Of a DNA stretch of 64,000 nt, positions 48,709 through 60,000 are shown one piece after another. The stretch is from Octopus vulgaris. Its lineage: Eukaryota. The notes under the pieces were generated by a model, which worked only from the letters and a program-made list of their open reading frames with translations, ran no database searches and was not told the origin of the DNA. The DNA lies in assembly GCA_951406725.2 (NCBI GenBank), contig OX597833.1:55552001-55616000 (forward strand), written 5' to 3'. A program made the translations under genes and the position numbers. The stretch's first letter is position 1, and every line of letters begins with the position of its first letter.

Positions 48709-49923
48709 ATGGCATCCAATCAGCAAGAGAACGATACGTACGTAGAATTGGTAGCGTATTGGGAAGAACAGAACGGTACACACGAAGCATTAATGGTGTG
48801 TCCGGATGAAACTAGCCTTTTAGACGACGATGAGTGCGAATCAGCAACGGCGGATTCGGAAGAAAATAGCGACATATTCGAATTGTTGATGGAAGATTCG
48901 GTAGAAGAGATCCACACATACGAAACAGTAATGGCAGATTCGGAAGAAAAGAGCGTTTTAGACGACGATGTCTGCGAATCAGCAACGGCGGATTTGGGAA
49001 AAAAGAGCCTTTTAGACAGTGAAGTATACGAACCATCAAATGCGGATTCGGAAGAAAATAGCCACATATACGGATCGTTGATGGTAGATTCGGTAGAAAA
49101 GACCCATACATATGAAACAGTAATGGCAGATTCGGAAGAAGAGAGCCATACCTACGAAAAATTAAGGGCGGATTCGGAAGGAGAGAGCCATACCTACGAA
49201 GAAATAATGCCGGATTCGGAAGGAGATAGCCATATCTACGAAGAAATAATGCCGGATTCGGAAGGAGATAGCCATATCTACGAAACATTAAGGGCGGATT
49301 CAGAAGGAGAGAGCCTTTCCCTCGAAATAATAACTGATTCGGAAAAAACGGAAGAAACAGATGGCAATAATTCTGTAGACGATTCGACAAATGTTCCGAT
49401 ACTAACCACAGAAGAATCAAGGACAACACGTCGTTTGTCACATTCTTCTACTTCTAGCAACGCGGAAAACGAAGAAACGACCACACTCGGACGATTTGGG
49501 CAACATCAAAATCAACATCACACGACCATCTCTTTTGATATGCACTGGCTGTTTATACTTGCTTGTCTGGTGTCGAGTTCAGTCAATTTATCCTGCAGTT
49601 TTACATATCTGTTGCTACTGCTTCGCAAATATTCAATCGCATCAGATTATTGGAGTTTTGTTCTGAACACGATTACGTTATTCAGCTCGTCCATAATCTT
49701 CTGCATCTTTTCCCCGATTTGGAAGCGAAAGTTAGTTTTTCCGAATAGAACTATCGGCTACAGTCTCATATATACGACCCTCAATCTCGTGTCTGCTGTC
49801 ATTATCATCAATTTACGTTACACTCGGATCACCCTCGCCATTTTTATAAGCAGTATCTTGCTGTCTGTCCTGTTATTTGTACAGAGAATCAGATTAAGAT
49901 TTACAGCTTTAGAAAACCTGTAA
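48709..49923 (+). CDS. 4-TM family paralogue with expanded acidic Tyr-repeat N-tail (404 aa)
   Basis: Intact ORF; 15-aa repeats (A/P)DSEGESH(T/I)YEEI; ESRTTRRLS; TM region closest to the 30053 gene. Confidence 0.88.
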   Translation: MASNQQENDTYVELVAYWEEQNGTHEALMVCPDETSLLDDDECESATADSEENSDIFELLMEDSVEEIHTYETVMADSEEKSVLDDDVCESATADLGKKSLLDSEVYEPSNADSEENSHIYGSLMVDSVEKTHTYETVMADSEEESHTYEKLRADSEGESHTYEEIMPDSEGDSHIYEEIMPDSEGDSHIYETLRADSEGESLSLEIITDSEKTEETDGNNSVDDSTNVPILTTEESRTTRRLSHSSTSSNAENEETTTLGRFGQHQNQHHTTISFDMHWLFILACLVSSSVNLSCSFTYLLLLLRKYSIASDYWSFVLNTITLFSSSIIFCIFSPIWKRKLVFPNRTIGYSLIYTTLNLVSAVIIINLRYTRITLAIFISSILLSVLLFVQRIRLRFTALENL

Positions 49924-50104
49924 CCGACTTCAACTTTCTATTTTCAATCATTCTTGTTTTATATTATCTTTCCGCGTAGTTTGTTTCAACTCTTGAACAT
50001 TTCACTTGGTGTTTTTTTAAACAGGATTGTAGACAAAATGTAACCAAACATTATAAATACTGTGACTATGCTGTTGGAGTTTAATATTCTTTCAGTTGTA
50101 CTTT

Positions 50105-50470
50105 CAGTAGTTTTAACCCCTTTTCAATAGTTTTAACCCTTTTTCAATAGTTTTAACCCTTTTTTCAATAGTCTTAACCCTTTTGAGGAGTTTTAACTAT
50201 TTTCAAGAGTTTTAACCCTTTTCAATAGTTTTAACCCTTTTCAATAGTTTTAACCCCTTTCAGTAGTTTTAACCCCTTTCAGTAGTTTTAACCCTTTTCA
50301 ATAGTTTTAACCCTTTTCAATAGTTTTAACCCTTTTGAATAGTTTTAACCTTTTTGAGTAGTTTTAACCCTTTTTGAGTCGTTTTAACCCCTTTCAGTAG
50401 TTTTAACCTTTTTGAGTAGTTTTAACCCTTTTTCAATAGTTTTAACCTTTTTGAGTAGTTTTAACCCTTT
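50105..50470. repeat. Minisatellite, ~19-21-bp unit AGTTTTAACCCTTTTCAAT
   Basis: About 18 tandem units. Confidence 0.9.
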
Positions 50471-50999
50471 CAACAATCATACTCTGGATATGTATGTAGA
50501 ATTTCAAACAGAAAGATGAGCATAATTTTATTGCTAATAATAATAATAATCCATGTTACGTTATTGAATTTTATACCCCGAACTTGAACAGAAAACCTGC
50601 CGCATTTCCCATGATGCCAGACCTACTTTTGCGTTTGATACTTGTAATGCCTACCACACAAATGAATACCCGTATATATTTCGATCTACTGCATTGCCAT
50701 ATAAAGAACCACACGAAAATATTTGCTCAAAACCTCGTGATTACCGTTTCTTAGCAGTTTTTTTACTGACGCAGGTTTCGGTTAATCACTTCATGTGCTA
50801 TATATAATGAGAGAGCGGGGATACAACTCTACGTATTATCAATTATTAAGGTCTTTACCGCGTACGTTTGCATTATAACAACAGTTATAAATCTGATTCC
50901 TTTTGACATCTAACATCAATTTCTGTCATTAAAGATTTCTAATCGCATGAAATTTTCGTAAATTTCCAACGCTATTACAATCCCAAGACTAACTTTTAA

Positions 51000-51346
51000 G
51001 AAGACCGCTCAGAATGCAAGCCTCCACCAAGGTAACACTGAAGTCTTATTAGCCAGAGATGATTTTTAAGATGAGAATATCTGAAACAAACTCGACTGCT
51101 TTCACAAACGAGATTACTAAAAATGAACCCGACCGCCCTCAAAATTTAAATAAAAAAAGAAAAAATGAAAAAATAATCCAGAATCCTTGTCCGGTTCCGG
51201 ATAGATCCCAAAATCTAATTAGTTCGTGCCAGTCCTTGAAATTTCCATCCGAATCCATCCTGCGGTTGAGATATCTTGTCCACCGACAAACAAACAAATG
51301 CGACTGAAAACAATACCCCCGCCTTAGCGAAGGCGGAGATAGTAAG
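51000..51346 (-). mobile_element. Helentron/HINE-like non-autonomous element
   Basis: Subterminal inverted CTCC(G/A)CC motifs, a palindrome (CCGCCTTAGCGAAGGCGG) and a GTTT microsatellite near one end. Confidence 0.5.
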
Positions 51347-51430
51347 TACTGATACCACATCATCAATTAGAATGATCAATATGCAGGAAATGTTGCTGAC
51401 TAAAGAATAAAACATGAAGTAATTAATTGT

Positions 51431-52085
51431 TTAACCCCTTACCCAACAATTATTTTGAAAATAAATGTATTTTTTCAGACATATTTTTTAATTGTTTTAT
51501 TTTACTATGTTTTGAATGGTGATTTCGAGGTATATTTCAAACCTTATTTATTATGAATTTTAATTCAATAATATTGATTTTAAATTACCGCTTTGGGCTT
51601 AAAGACTCCGCCGGTTACGACGACGAGGGTCCCAGCTGATACTATCAACGGAACAGCTTGCTCGTGAAATTAACGTGCAAGTGGCTGAGCATTCCACAGA
51701 CACGTGTACCCTTAACGTAGTTCTCGGGGATAATCAGCGTGACAAAGAGAGTGACAAGGCCGGCCCTTTGAAATACAAGTACAACTCATTTTTGCCAGCT
51801 GAGTGGACTGGAGCAACGTGAAATAAAGTGTCTTGCTCAAGGACACAACGCGTCGCCGGGAATCGAACTCACAACCTTACGATCATGAGCCGAATGCCCT
51901 AACCACTAAGCCACGCGCCCTCACACCGCTTTGGGCAGAAACGAGTTAACCCGTTTTTAGACGAAGGAACTCGTTTGCTGTCGATTTTGGCGAGTCTATC
52001 TTTTGACGAGTTAACTCACCAGAGATAGAAGAAAAACGATTTCGGTCAAAACGCATATATTCGTTTCTGCCGGGTAAGGGGTTAA
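51431..52085. mobile_element. piggyBac-type MITE containing a chimeric SINE (51605-51921, minus)
   Basis: TTAA-CCCCTTACCC...GGGTAAGGGG-TTAA; SINE TSD accgctttgggc. Confidence 0.75.
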
Positions 52086-52199
52086 ACCGATTTCACAAAC
52101 GGAAAACAATTTTTTTTTTTTTTACTTTCCATTGTTTCATAGATAATACAATGGAGACATATAAAGGAACTAGCAGACGGTATTTCTGATGGGGAATAA

Positions 52200-53350
52200 G
52201 GCGGTGAGCTGGCAGAACCGTTAGCACGCCGGACGAAATGCTTTGCGGTATTTCGTCCGCCGCTACGTTCTGAGTTCAAATTCCGCCGAGGTCGACTTTG
52301 CCATTCATCCTTTCGGGGTCGATAAATTAAGTACCAGTTACGCACTGGGCTCGATGTAATCGACTTAATACCTATGTCTGTCCTTGTTTGTCCCCTCTGT
52401 GTTTAGCCCCTTGTGGGTAATAAAGAAATAGGTATTTCGTCTGCCGTTACGTTGTGAGTTCAAATTCCGCCGAGGCCGACTTTGCCATTCATCCTTTCGG
52501 GGTCGATAAATTAAGTACCAGTTACGCACTGGGGTCGATGTAATCGACTTAATACCTATGTCTGTCCTTGTTTGTCCCCTCTGTGTTTAGCCCCTTGTGG
52601 GTAATAAAGAAATAGGTATTTCGTCTGCCGTTACGTTGTGAGTTCAAATTCCGCCGAGGTCGACTTTGCCTTTCATCCTTTCGGGGTCGATAAATTAAGT
52701 ACCAGTTACGCACTGGGCTCGATGTAATCGACTTAATACCTATGTCTGTCCTTGTTTGTCCCCTCTGTGTTTAGCCCCTTGTGGGTAATAAAGAAATAGG
52801 TATTTCGTCTGCCGTTACGTTGTGAGTTCAAATTCCGCCGAGGTCGACTTTGCCATTCATCCTTTCGGGGTCGATAAATTAAGTACCAGTTACGCACTGG
52901 GCTCGATGTAATCGACTTAATACCTATGCCTGTCCTTGTTTGTCCCCTCTGTGTTTAGCCCCTTGTGGGTAATAAAGAAATAGGTATTTCGTCTGCCGTT
53001 ACGTTGTGAGTTCAAATTCCGCCGAGGTCGACTTTGCCATTTATCCTTTCGGGGTCGATAAATTAAGTACCAGTTACGCACTGGGGTCGATGTAATCGAC
53101 TTAATACCTATGCCTGTCCTTGTTTGTCCCCTCTGTGTTTAGCCCCTTGTGGGTAATAAAGAAATAGGTATTTCGTCTGCCGTTACGTTGTGAGTTCAAA
53201 TTCCGCCGAGGTCGACTTTGCCTTTCATCCTTTCGGGGTCGATAAATTAAGTACCAGTTACGCACAGGGGTCGATGTAATCGACTTAATACCTATGCCTG
53301 TCCTTGTTTGTCCACTCTATGTTTATCCCCTTATGGGTAATAAAGAAATA
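52200..53350 (+). mobile_element. SINE-A hexamer: one head + six ~184-bp body/tail units
   Basis: Near-identical units joined at ..AAAGAAATA|GGTATTTCGTC..; TSD ggtatttctgatg. Confidence 0.95.
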
Positions 53351-53419
53351 GGTATTTCTGATGAAGAAAATTTTTCTTATTAGTTGGCTTCGTATCTGCA
53401 CAGGTAATGATTTCGTCAG

Positions 53420-54725
53420 AAATGAAAAAAATAATAAATCATTGTGGGAACTTAGAGAAACTCGTAGCTTCACGAATAATCTAAATATTTGCAATTTGCT
53501 ACGAACATCGAATAATTTCAGGTTAAAACCGTTGCTGGATTCCATATATTGTCCGAAAGAATGATACATATAGACATTACCGAACAAAGGATCTCGATGT
53601 CAGCACTACCTCAAATATCCATTTCTTTATTAACCACAGGGGGCTAAACACAGAGAGGACAAACAAAGACAGGCATAAGTATTAAGTCGATTACATCGAC
53701 CCCAGTGCGTAACTGGTACTTAATTTATCGACCCCGAAAGGATGAAAGGCAAAGTCGACCTCGGCGGAATTTGAACTCAGAACGTAACGGCAGACGAAAT
53801 ACCTATTTCTTTATTACCCACAAGGGGCTAAACACAGAGGGGACAAACAAGGACAGGCATAGGTATTAAGTCGATTACATCGACCCCAATGCGTAACTGG
53901 TACTTATTTAATCGACCCCGAAAGGATGAAAGGCCAAGTCGACCTCGGCGGAATTTGAACTCAGAACGTAGCGACAGACGAAATACCGCTAAGCATTTCG
54001 CCCGGTGTGATAACGATTCGGCCAGCTCGCCGCCCCTCTCTACCTGAAATATCACGACCATCTCCTCACTAGCACTTACTATAACACGGTTGCTGGCAGA
54101 AACGTTAGCACGCCGGGCGAAATGCTTAGCGGTATTTCGTCTGCGTTACGTTGTGAGTTCGAATTCCGCCGAGGTCGACTTTGCCTTTTATCCTTTCGGG
54201 GTCGATAAATAAAGTACCAGTTACGCACTGGAGTCGATGTAATCGACTTAATACCTATGTCTGTCCTTGTTTGTCCCCTGTGTTTAGCCCCTTGTGGGTA
54301 ATAAAGAAATTGGTATTTCGTCTGCCGTTACGTTGTGAGTTCGAATTCTGCCGAGGTCGATTTTGCCTTTCATCCTTTCGGGGTCGATAAATAAAGTACC
54401 AGTTACGAACTGGGGTCGATGTAATCGACTTAATACCTATGTCTGTCCTTGTTTGTCCCCTCTGTATTTAGCCCCTTGTGGGTAATAAAGAAATAGGTTG
54501 CTAACTCGATGTTTCTTCTGTATAATATTCCCGTTTATGAAATGATTATCACTTTCTTAACTCGATCACTCATCCAATGTATCTTGTCAGATTTATTAAA
54601 ACTCTTAACCGCTACTTTATCTTCGGTTTCCAATAAAGTTGGATAATAATAACTTGTTTCTTACTTTTGGTTCTTTCTTGTGTACCGAGGTTGACATCGA
54701 ATTTTACACTTCAAAGTTTGTAACC
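53420..54725 (+). pseudogene. 4-TM family pseudogene broken by two SINE-A dimers (53613-54034 minus, 54093-54495 plus)
   Basis: NLNICNLLRTSNN; later ttgctaactcgat (ANS) and tgtgtaccgagg..caaagtttgtaaccaacttcaa match the family TM2 and C-terminus. Confidence 0.7.
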
Positions 54726-55288
54726 AACTTCAAATCTCCACTCTCGGGCAACCCAGTTATATTTTTCGATGTAGTTCAACTTCTAATATTTTATTTTAAA
54801 ATATAGTGAAATCGGGTGGGGGTGGAATAAACGAATGTTACTATTTCAAATACCCTGGATACGTTGTCACGTATAAGAAAAAAAAAATCCGAAGCAGTGT
54901 TAACGCATAAAGCGCGACGGGCCACGATCGTGGCCGTCAGGTACAGGTCGAAGGGCCACGATCGTGGCCCAGACAGATGCATTTAATTTATGGGCGTTTG
55001 TTGAGGGTCTAATGTCACTCAAACACTCCGATACCACCACCACCTCCCCAGAATTCAAGAGGACTAATAGCTCAACTAATGAATTTTGAATTTTTATCAA
55101 GCCACAAGGGTCAAACACAGAGGAGACATACACACATGCGGGGACAAACAACACATGAAAAATGAATGAAAATGAATATAATTACAATGAAAATGAAACG
55201 GCTATCTCGGCCCCGCTCCGAGATGAAACCATGATTCCCCCCATCCTTTTTTTTTAGCTTTACTGTTTAACCAAAAAAGTTTTTACAT

Positions 55289-57300
55289 ATTTCTTTATTG
55301 CCCACAAGGGGTGAAACATAGAGGGGACAAACAAGGACAGACAAAGGGATTAAGTCGATTACATCGACCCCAGTACGTAACTGGTACTTATTTAATCGAC
55401 CCCGAAAGAATGAAAGGCAAAGTCGGCCTCGGCGAAATTTGAACTCAGAACGTAACAGCAGCCCGGCAAGAAAGTCCTCGAGGGCTCTCCCACCACCAGG
55501 AACGCCGTCACCCCCGAACGGCTGGGCGAAATACTCCCGAAAGGCCTCACACATTTTCTGGCCAGCGGAGACCACACCCGTTGACTATGTAGGAGAATCC
55601 AGAGGTACCTCAACCTCAACGCATGTCTGCGCATTATTAACCAAGGCATCCCTAAACCTCCCTTTAAAGTCTTTTGACAGCAGACAGAGCGTTTCACAAG
55701 TGGCAACCTGCCCTTCCACAAAAAGCAAAAGAGCTGTCTCTCCAACCTGATCAACCACGAATCCGGACAGGGCACGACGGTCAGGCGGTAGGTAATGATC
55801 GATGCGATAAACACATTGGCCACCTCCTCCCTCCCTTTCAGGGATAGCCACCGCCAAGACCAGGTCTTAACTACTGCAGCCACCCTGCTCAATACCTCCG
55901 TCCAATTCTTCTCTCTCTGGAGGCCTGGTCCAAACCAAACTCCCAGCAACTTAACCGGTCCCTCCATCCAGCGCCCAACAACGCTGTCTAAAGGCATCGA
56001 CTTGCCAACCCAGGTGCCGAGCTACAAGCCGACAGACTTTTCCCGGTTAATCTTTGCTCCTGCCACCTCCTCGTAAGCCTCAATAGTCTTACCCACTTCA
56101 CGTAGGCGTGCTACCGAGGTTACGCTGATAGTGATATCATCCGCGTAAGCCGTAACAAACTCCTCTAGACCTGGTTCTCTCGGGATGCTACTCAACTTTC
56201 GCAGTAGCGGCTCGAGAGCCATTACATACAGAAGTGGTGAAAGCGGACATCCTTGACGAACCGAGCGTCTGATGCAGAACGGCTTCGAAAGGAAACCGTT
56301 CACCCGAACTATCGAGTCAATGTTGTGGTACGAAGCCATAAACCACCTGAGGAAGCCAAGGCCCAGGCTGAACCGCGCAAGCACAGTCGCCAGGTATCGA
56401 TGGTCAACCATATCAAAAGCTTTAGACTGGTCTAAATGTACCAATGCCCCACCTTTGCCAGATTTATTACCAACCCTCTCTATGGTATAGCGAATAAGAT
56501 GGAGGGTATACTGAATGGTTCTGCCTGGGATGGCACATGTTTGTGCCTCCCCGACTATACCATTCACGACACGCGCCAACCTTTTTGCTAAGACCTTGGC
56601 CAAAATCTTCACTTCTGCGATTAACAGAGTGATGGGCCTGAAATTCTCTATAACGTCTCTCTTGTCCGGGTCCTTTCTGACCAACGTCACTACCCCCCGG
56701 CGCACAGATCTGGGGATAAGCCCATTCTGTTGCCAGTTCGCGTACACGTCAGCCAGTAGTTGCCCGAACAAGTCTGGCATACATTTATACAGCTCGTACA
56801 GAAGACCATCAAGTCCCGGCGACTTACCCGCTTTGCAGTCGGCCAAAGCCTCTATCACCTCCACAGGCGTGATTGGCCCTTCGCAAGACTCCGCATCCGA
56901 CCCCGAGAGACACGGCAGCCCGACATGAAAGTCCTCGAGGGCTCTCCCACCACCAGGACCGCCGTCACCCCCGAACAGCTGGGCGAAGTACTCCCGAAAG
57001 GCCTCACACATTTTCTCGGATTCGTTTACTAAGACACCATTTTGATTCGCCAAAGATCGAATAGTGGAACTATTTCTTTGCCGAGCTTCCACCACTCAAG
57101 CCCATCCAGCGGCCTTGATTCCTTCACTTCCCATTGCACATAACTTAGCTCTGGCAATACTTCCCATGTGTTGGGCTTCAAGATGCTGGTTTAACTCCAG
57201 TCTTTTCACCCTCGTATGGTCCGCATTACCAGTCCTCCAGGCTTCTTCTAGTCCCTTAATTAGACCATCTTTTCTACGTCCCTTCTTAGCTAAACTTATG
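55289..57300 (-). mobile_element. Chimeric retrocopy: Tx1/L1-like ORF2 (RT) + second ORF2 segment + SINE-A 3' part
   Basis: 56022..57095 has KSPGLDG, FRPITL, DQSKAFD, VRQGCPLSPLL, YADD; 55456-55585 is a diverged repeat of ~56913-57045; SINE tail at 55289-55455. Confidence 0.88.
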
Positions 57301-57696
57301 CTAATGAGTCAAAATACCAAACAAATAGTGGTTTGAACAGTAAAATGGAGTACCACAATGTCAGTATGAGCGGCAAATAGTGTTCATATATTTCTAATAG
57401 TATTTTGAAGCACAAATGAAATTTGATAGCGTCACCTCTAGAATTGAAACCGCGCATGGATTAAAATGATCTACCTGCAACATGTAATTGACTAGGAGGG
57501 GGGAAAATGAAGCTGGCTTGATGGAATAGTTTATTTAAGGTAATTTTTTTTTAAATCAACACAAAGTATTTTTTAAATTTCTATTGTTTCCTAGACAATA
57601 AATATACAAAATGGCGAATTGTTAAGAATTCAAAGAGCGGAATTTTTTTATGTTAGTTAAACTTCAAATCGGCAAAAGTTTACATCTCCAGAAAGA

Positions 57697-58311
57697 ATGG
57701 CGGATTCGGAATTAATGGAAAATCCTGAAAGAACTAATGGAGATAATGTGGATTATGTGAACAATGATCCAAGTAGGGGAAATTTAATACAACCATCGAA
57801 TACTTCGAGGCCAACACGTCGTCAGTCACTAGCTTCCAGCGTTAGCAATGAGGAAAATATAGAAATGATCGCCCTAGGAGCAGCTCGGCAACCTGAACTC
57901 CGCGATCAACAGCAGAACCAGAGACACACTGTTAATGATTACACTATGCGTTGGAGCCATAAATTCATCTACCTGGTGTTATCATTTATTAGTTTATTCA
58001 TCAGTATGATAGATCTGTTGAAAAGAACTCGCAATTTTTCAGCTGTGTTAGACTATTTGAATATTTTTCTCGACGTGGTTATAACAGCCAACTCGTTGAT
58101 AATTTTGTGTGTCGTCTTTCAATTTTTCAAGCGAAGAGCTGAGTTCACAAATCGCTCTGTCTTTGTCTGTCTCCTATGTGCCGTATGTAACCTGTTATCT
58201 GCTACAATTATGTACTACTTACACCATGAAGGGATGACCCTGGTCGTTCTTATCAGCACTTTCATACTTTTGCTTCTGTTGTATGTACCATGGTTGATGT
58301 CGCGTTTGTAG
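57697..58311 (+). CDS. 4-TM family paralogue (204 aa)
   Basis: Intact ORF; SRPTRRQSL, NEENIEMIALG, RNFS; TM region closest to the 19092 gene. Confidence 0.85.
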   Translation: MADSELMENPERTNGDNVDYVNNDPSRGNLIQPSNTSRPTRRQSLASSVSNEENIEMIALGAARQPELRDQQQNQRHTVNDYTMRWSHKFIYLVLSFISLFISMIDLLKRTRNFSAVLDYLNIFLDVVITANSLIILCVVFQFFKRRAEFTNRSVFVCLLCAVCNLLSATIMYYLHHEGMTLVVLISTFILLLLLYVPWLMSRL

Positions 58312-59594
58312 GTATTCAAAACCTAGGATCAACTTCAACTGTATATTCAGTAATTCCTGGGGGATTTTTTAAAATCATGTTTTAATGTAGTTAATTCGTT
58401 ATAACATTTAAATATTTTAATTGCTTTTAAAAATAACTATAAACTTAAATGTAACCAGACGCTTCGAAGAATTGACAATACTGTCGGAAAAAAACCATCT
58501 TTTGACATTCGTTTCTTTTCGGTTACTTGCGTTATTGAATTCCACTCTTACATTCAACGTATAACATTTTACATGATGTAGGACATGCTTGGGGGATGAA
58601 AGACTAAAATAATGCCCATAAGACCAGATTCACATATAACGAATCCAACAGAATCTGCTAACCGCTACAATAATAGAAAAAACTTTGCTGTAAACACAAA
58701 GATTTCGGTCTCCTGCCTACAATATCTCTTGTAATTCTTAACTTCCTACATCAACTTTATTTCATCCCTTACTCACATTCTGGATTGACACTCCGATACC
58801 CCTTACCTTCTTCCCATATTTCTCACCTCAAAATTCACCCATTGCAAAATTATCTTCTCTATTCATTATATTGGCCATAAAGGCCTTACATAGAAGGGAA
58901 ACAAAATCATCTTCTCAACAATCAAGTTATGCGACCGCTTCCTCACTACTCACAACACTAGCAAACTACACAGCTCTTTCAGTTCTTCGATCTTCTGCAT
59001 TGCAATATAATCATATGAAAAGATTCGTTCAAAACCTAGTAATTCCAGCTTTTCGGTGATGTGAAGATTTGTCTCGAAGTTCTTATCGATGCAGACTTTG
59101 ACCAGTTACTTCAGAATAGTATACACCGCTACATCTGCTCAGTTAATGAGACAATTACAGTTGACATTTTGCTGTACGACTCCAAAGCTCTGATAGATTT
59201 ATTATGACAACTACCATCCATTTCTTTTTTTCTTTGTTCAAGGATTTTTAAGAGGATGTAATTTTCGTAAATTTCCAATGCTACTACAGTTCTAGATGTC
59301 TTGCAAGCAACTTGCACATGCAAGTGCTACCAGTTAAAAGCTCCGTATACCGGAAGTAAGCAAGTGTGTTGGAACCGCATCAGGGTTTGCCCGCAAGAAA
59401 TTGTATTTGACAAAAGAATGAAACCTGAACTATTTCATTGTTCTTGTTCAAATCGTTTTTCAAAAATCCAAAACTAAATTAGCTTTTTTTTTTGTCTCTC
59501 AGATAATAAAGTAGACAGGAAAAAATTAGTTAACAGTACTTCTGAAGGAGATTTTTCTGTCACCAGGCATCATATCAACAAGAGTGATGATTTC

Positions 59595-60000
59595 ATCAGA
59601 AATAATTGATTCCGTAGAGACTTATAGCTTCAAGAATATTTTAAGTATTTGTAATTTGCTACGAACATAGAATGGGTCCTAGTCGAAACTTCGGCCGTCG
59701 CTGGACCCCCAAACTTATTCCAAAGAAGAATACAGAGATACGGCCGGACAAAAAGGATCTAGATATCATCACCTCAAATATCCGAACTGTCTGCACACTA
59801 CCAGTTACTTAAACACTATTGCTAACTCGATTTTCTGTATCATTTTCTCGTTTTTGAAACCATGATCGGTAGACTCAACTAGATCTCACGTCCCTTGTAT
59901 CTCGTGTGATTTATTTAATCTGTTGTCTGTTAGTCTTACATCTTCGGTTTACAATAAGAATAAATAATAGTAACCTTGTGTGTACCGAGGTCTATGATGA
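59595..60000 (+). pseudogene. 4-TM family pseudogene
   Basis: Collinear with 53420-53610/54495-54690 and, inverted, with 17800-18190. Confidence 0.65.

Noticed and set aside
47437-49441. Antisense ORFs 47437..48246 and 48812..49441
   Set aside because: Shadows of purine-rich or repetitive sense ORFs
50105-50470. CRISPR array or true telomeric tract
   Set aside because: No spacers; unit is ~20 bp, not (TTAGGG)n
56022-57095. Retron, group II intron or DGR reverse transcriptase
   Set aside because: SPG.DG, RPI.L and QGCPLSP motifs plus the downstream GGLG region (and zinc finger in sister copies) are those of L1/Tx1 non-LTR RT
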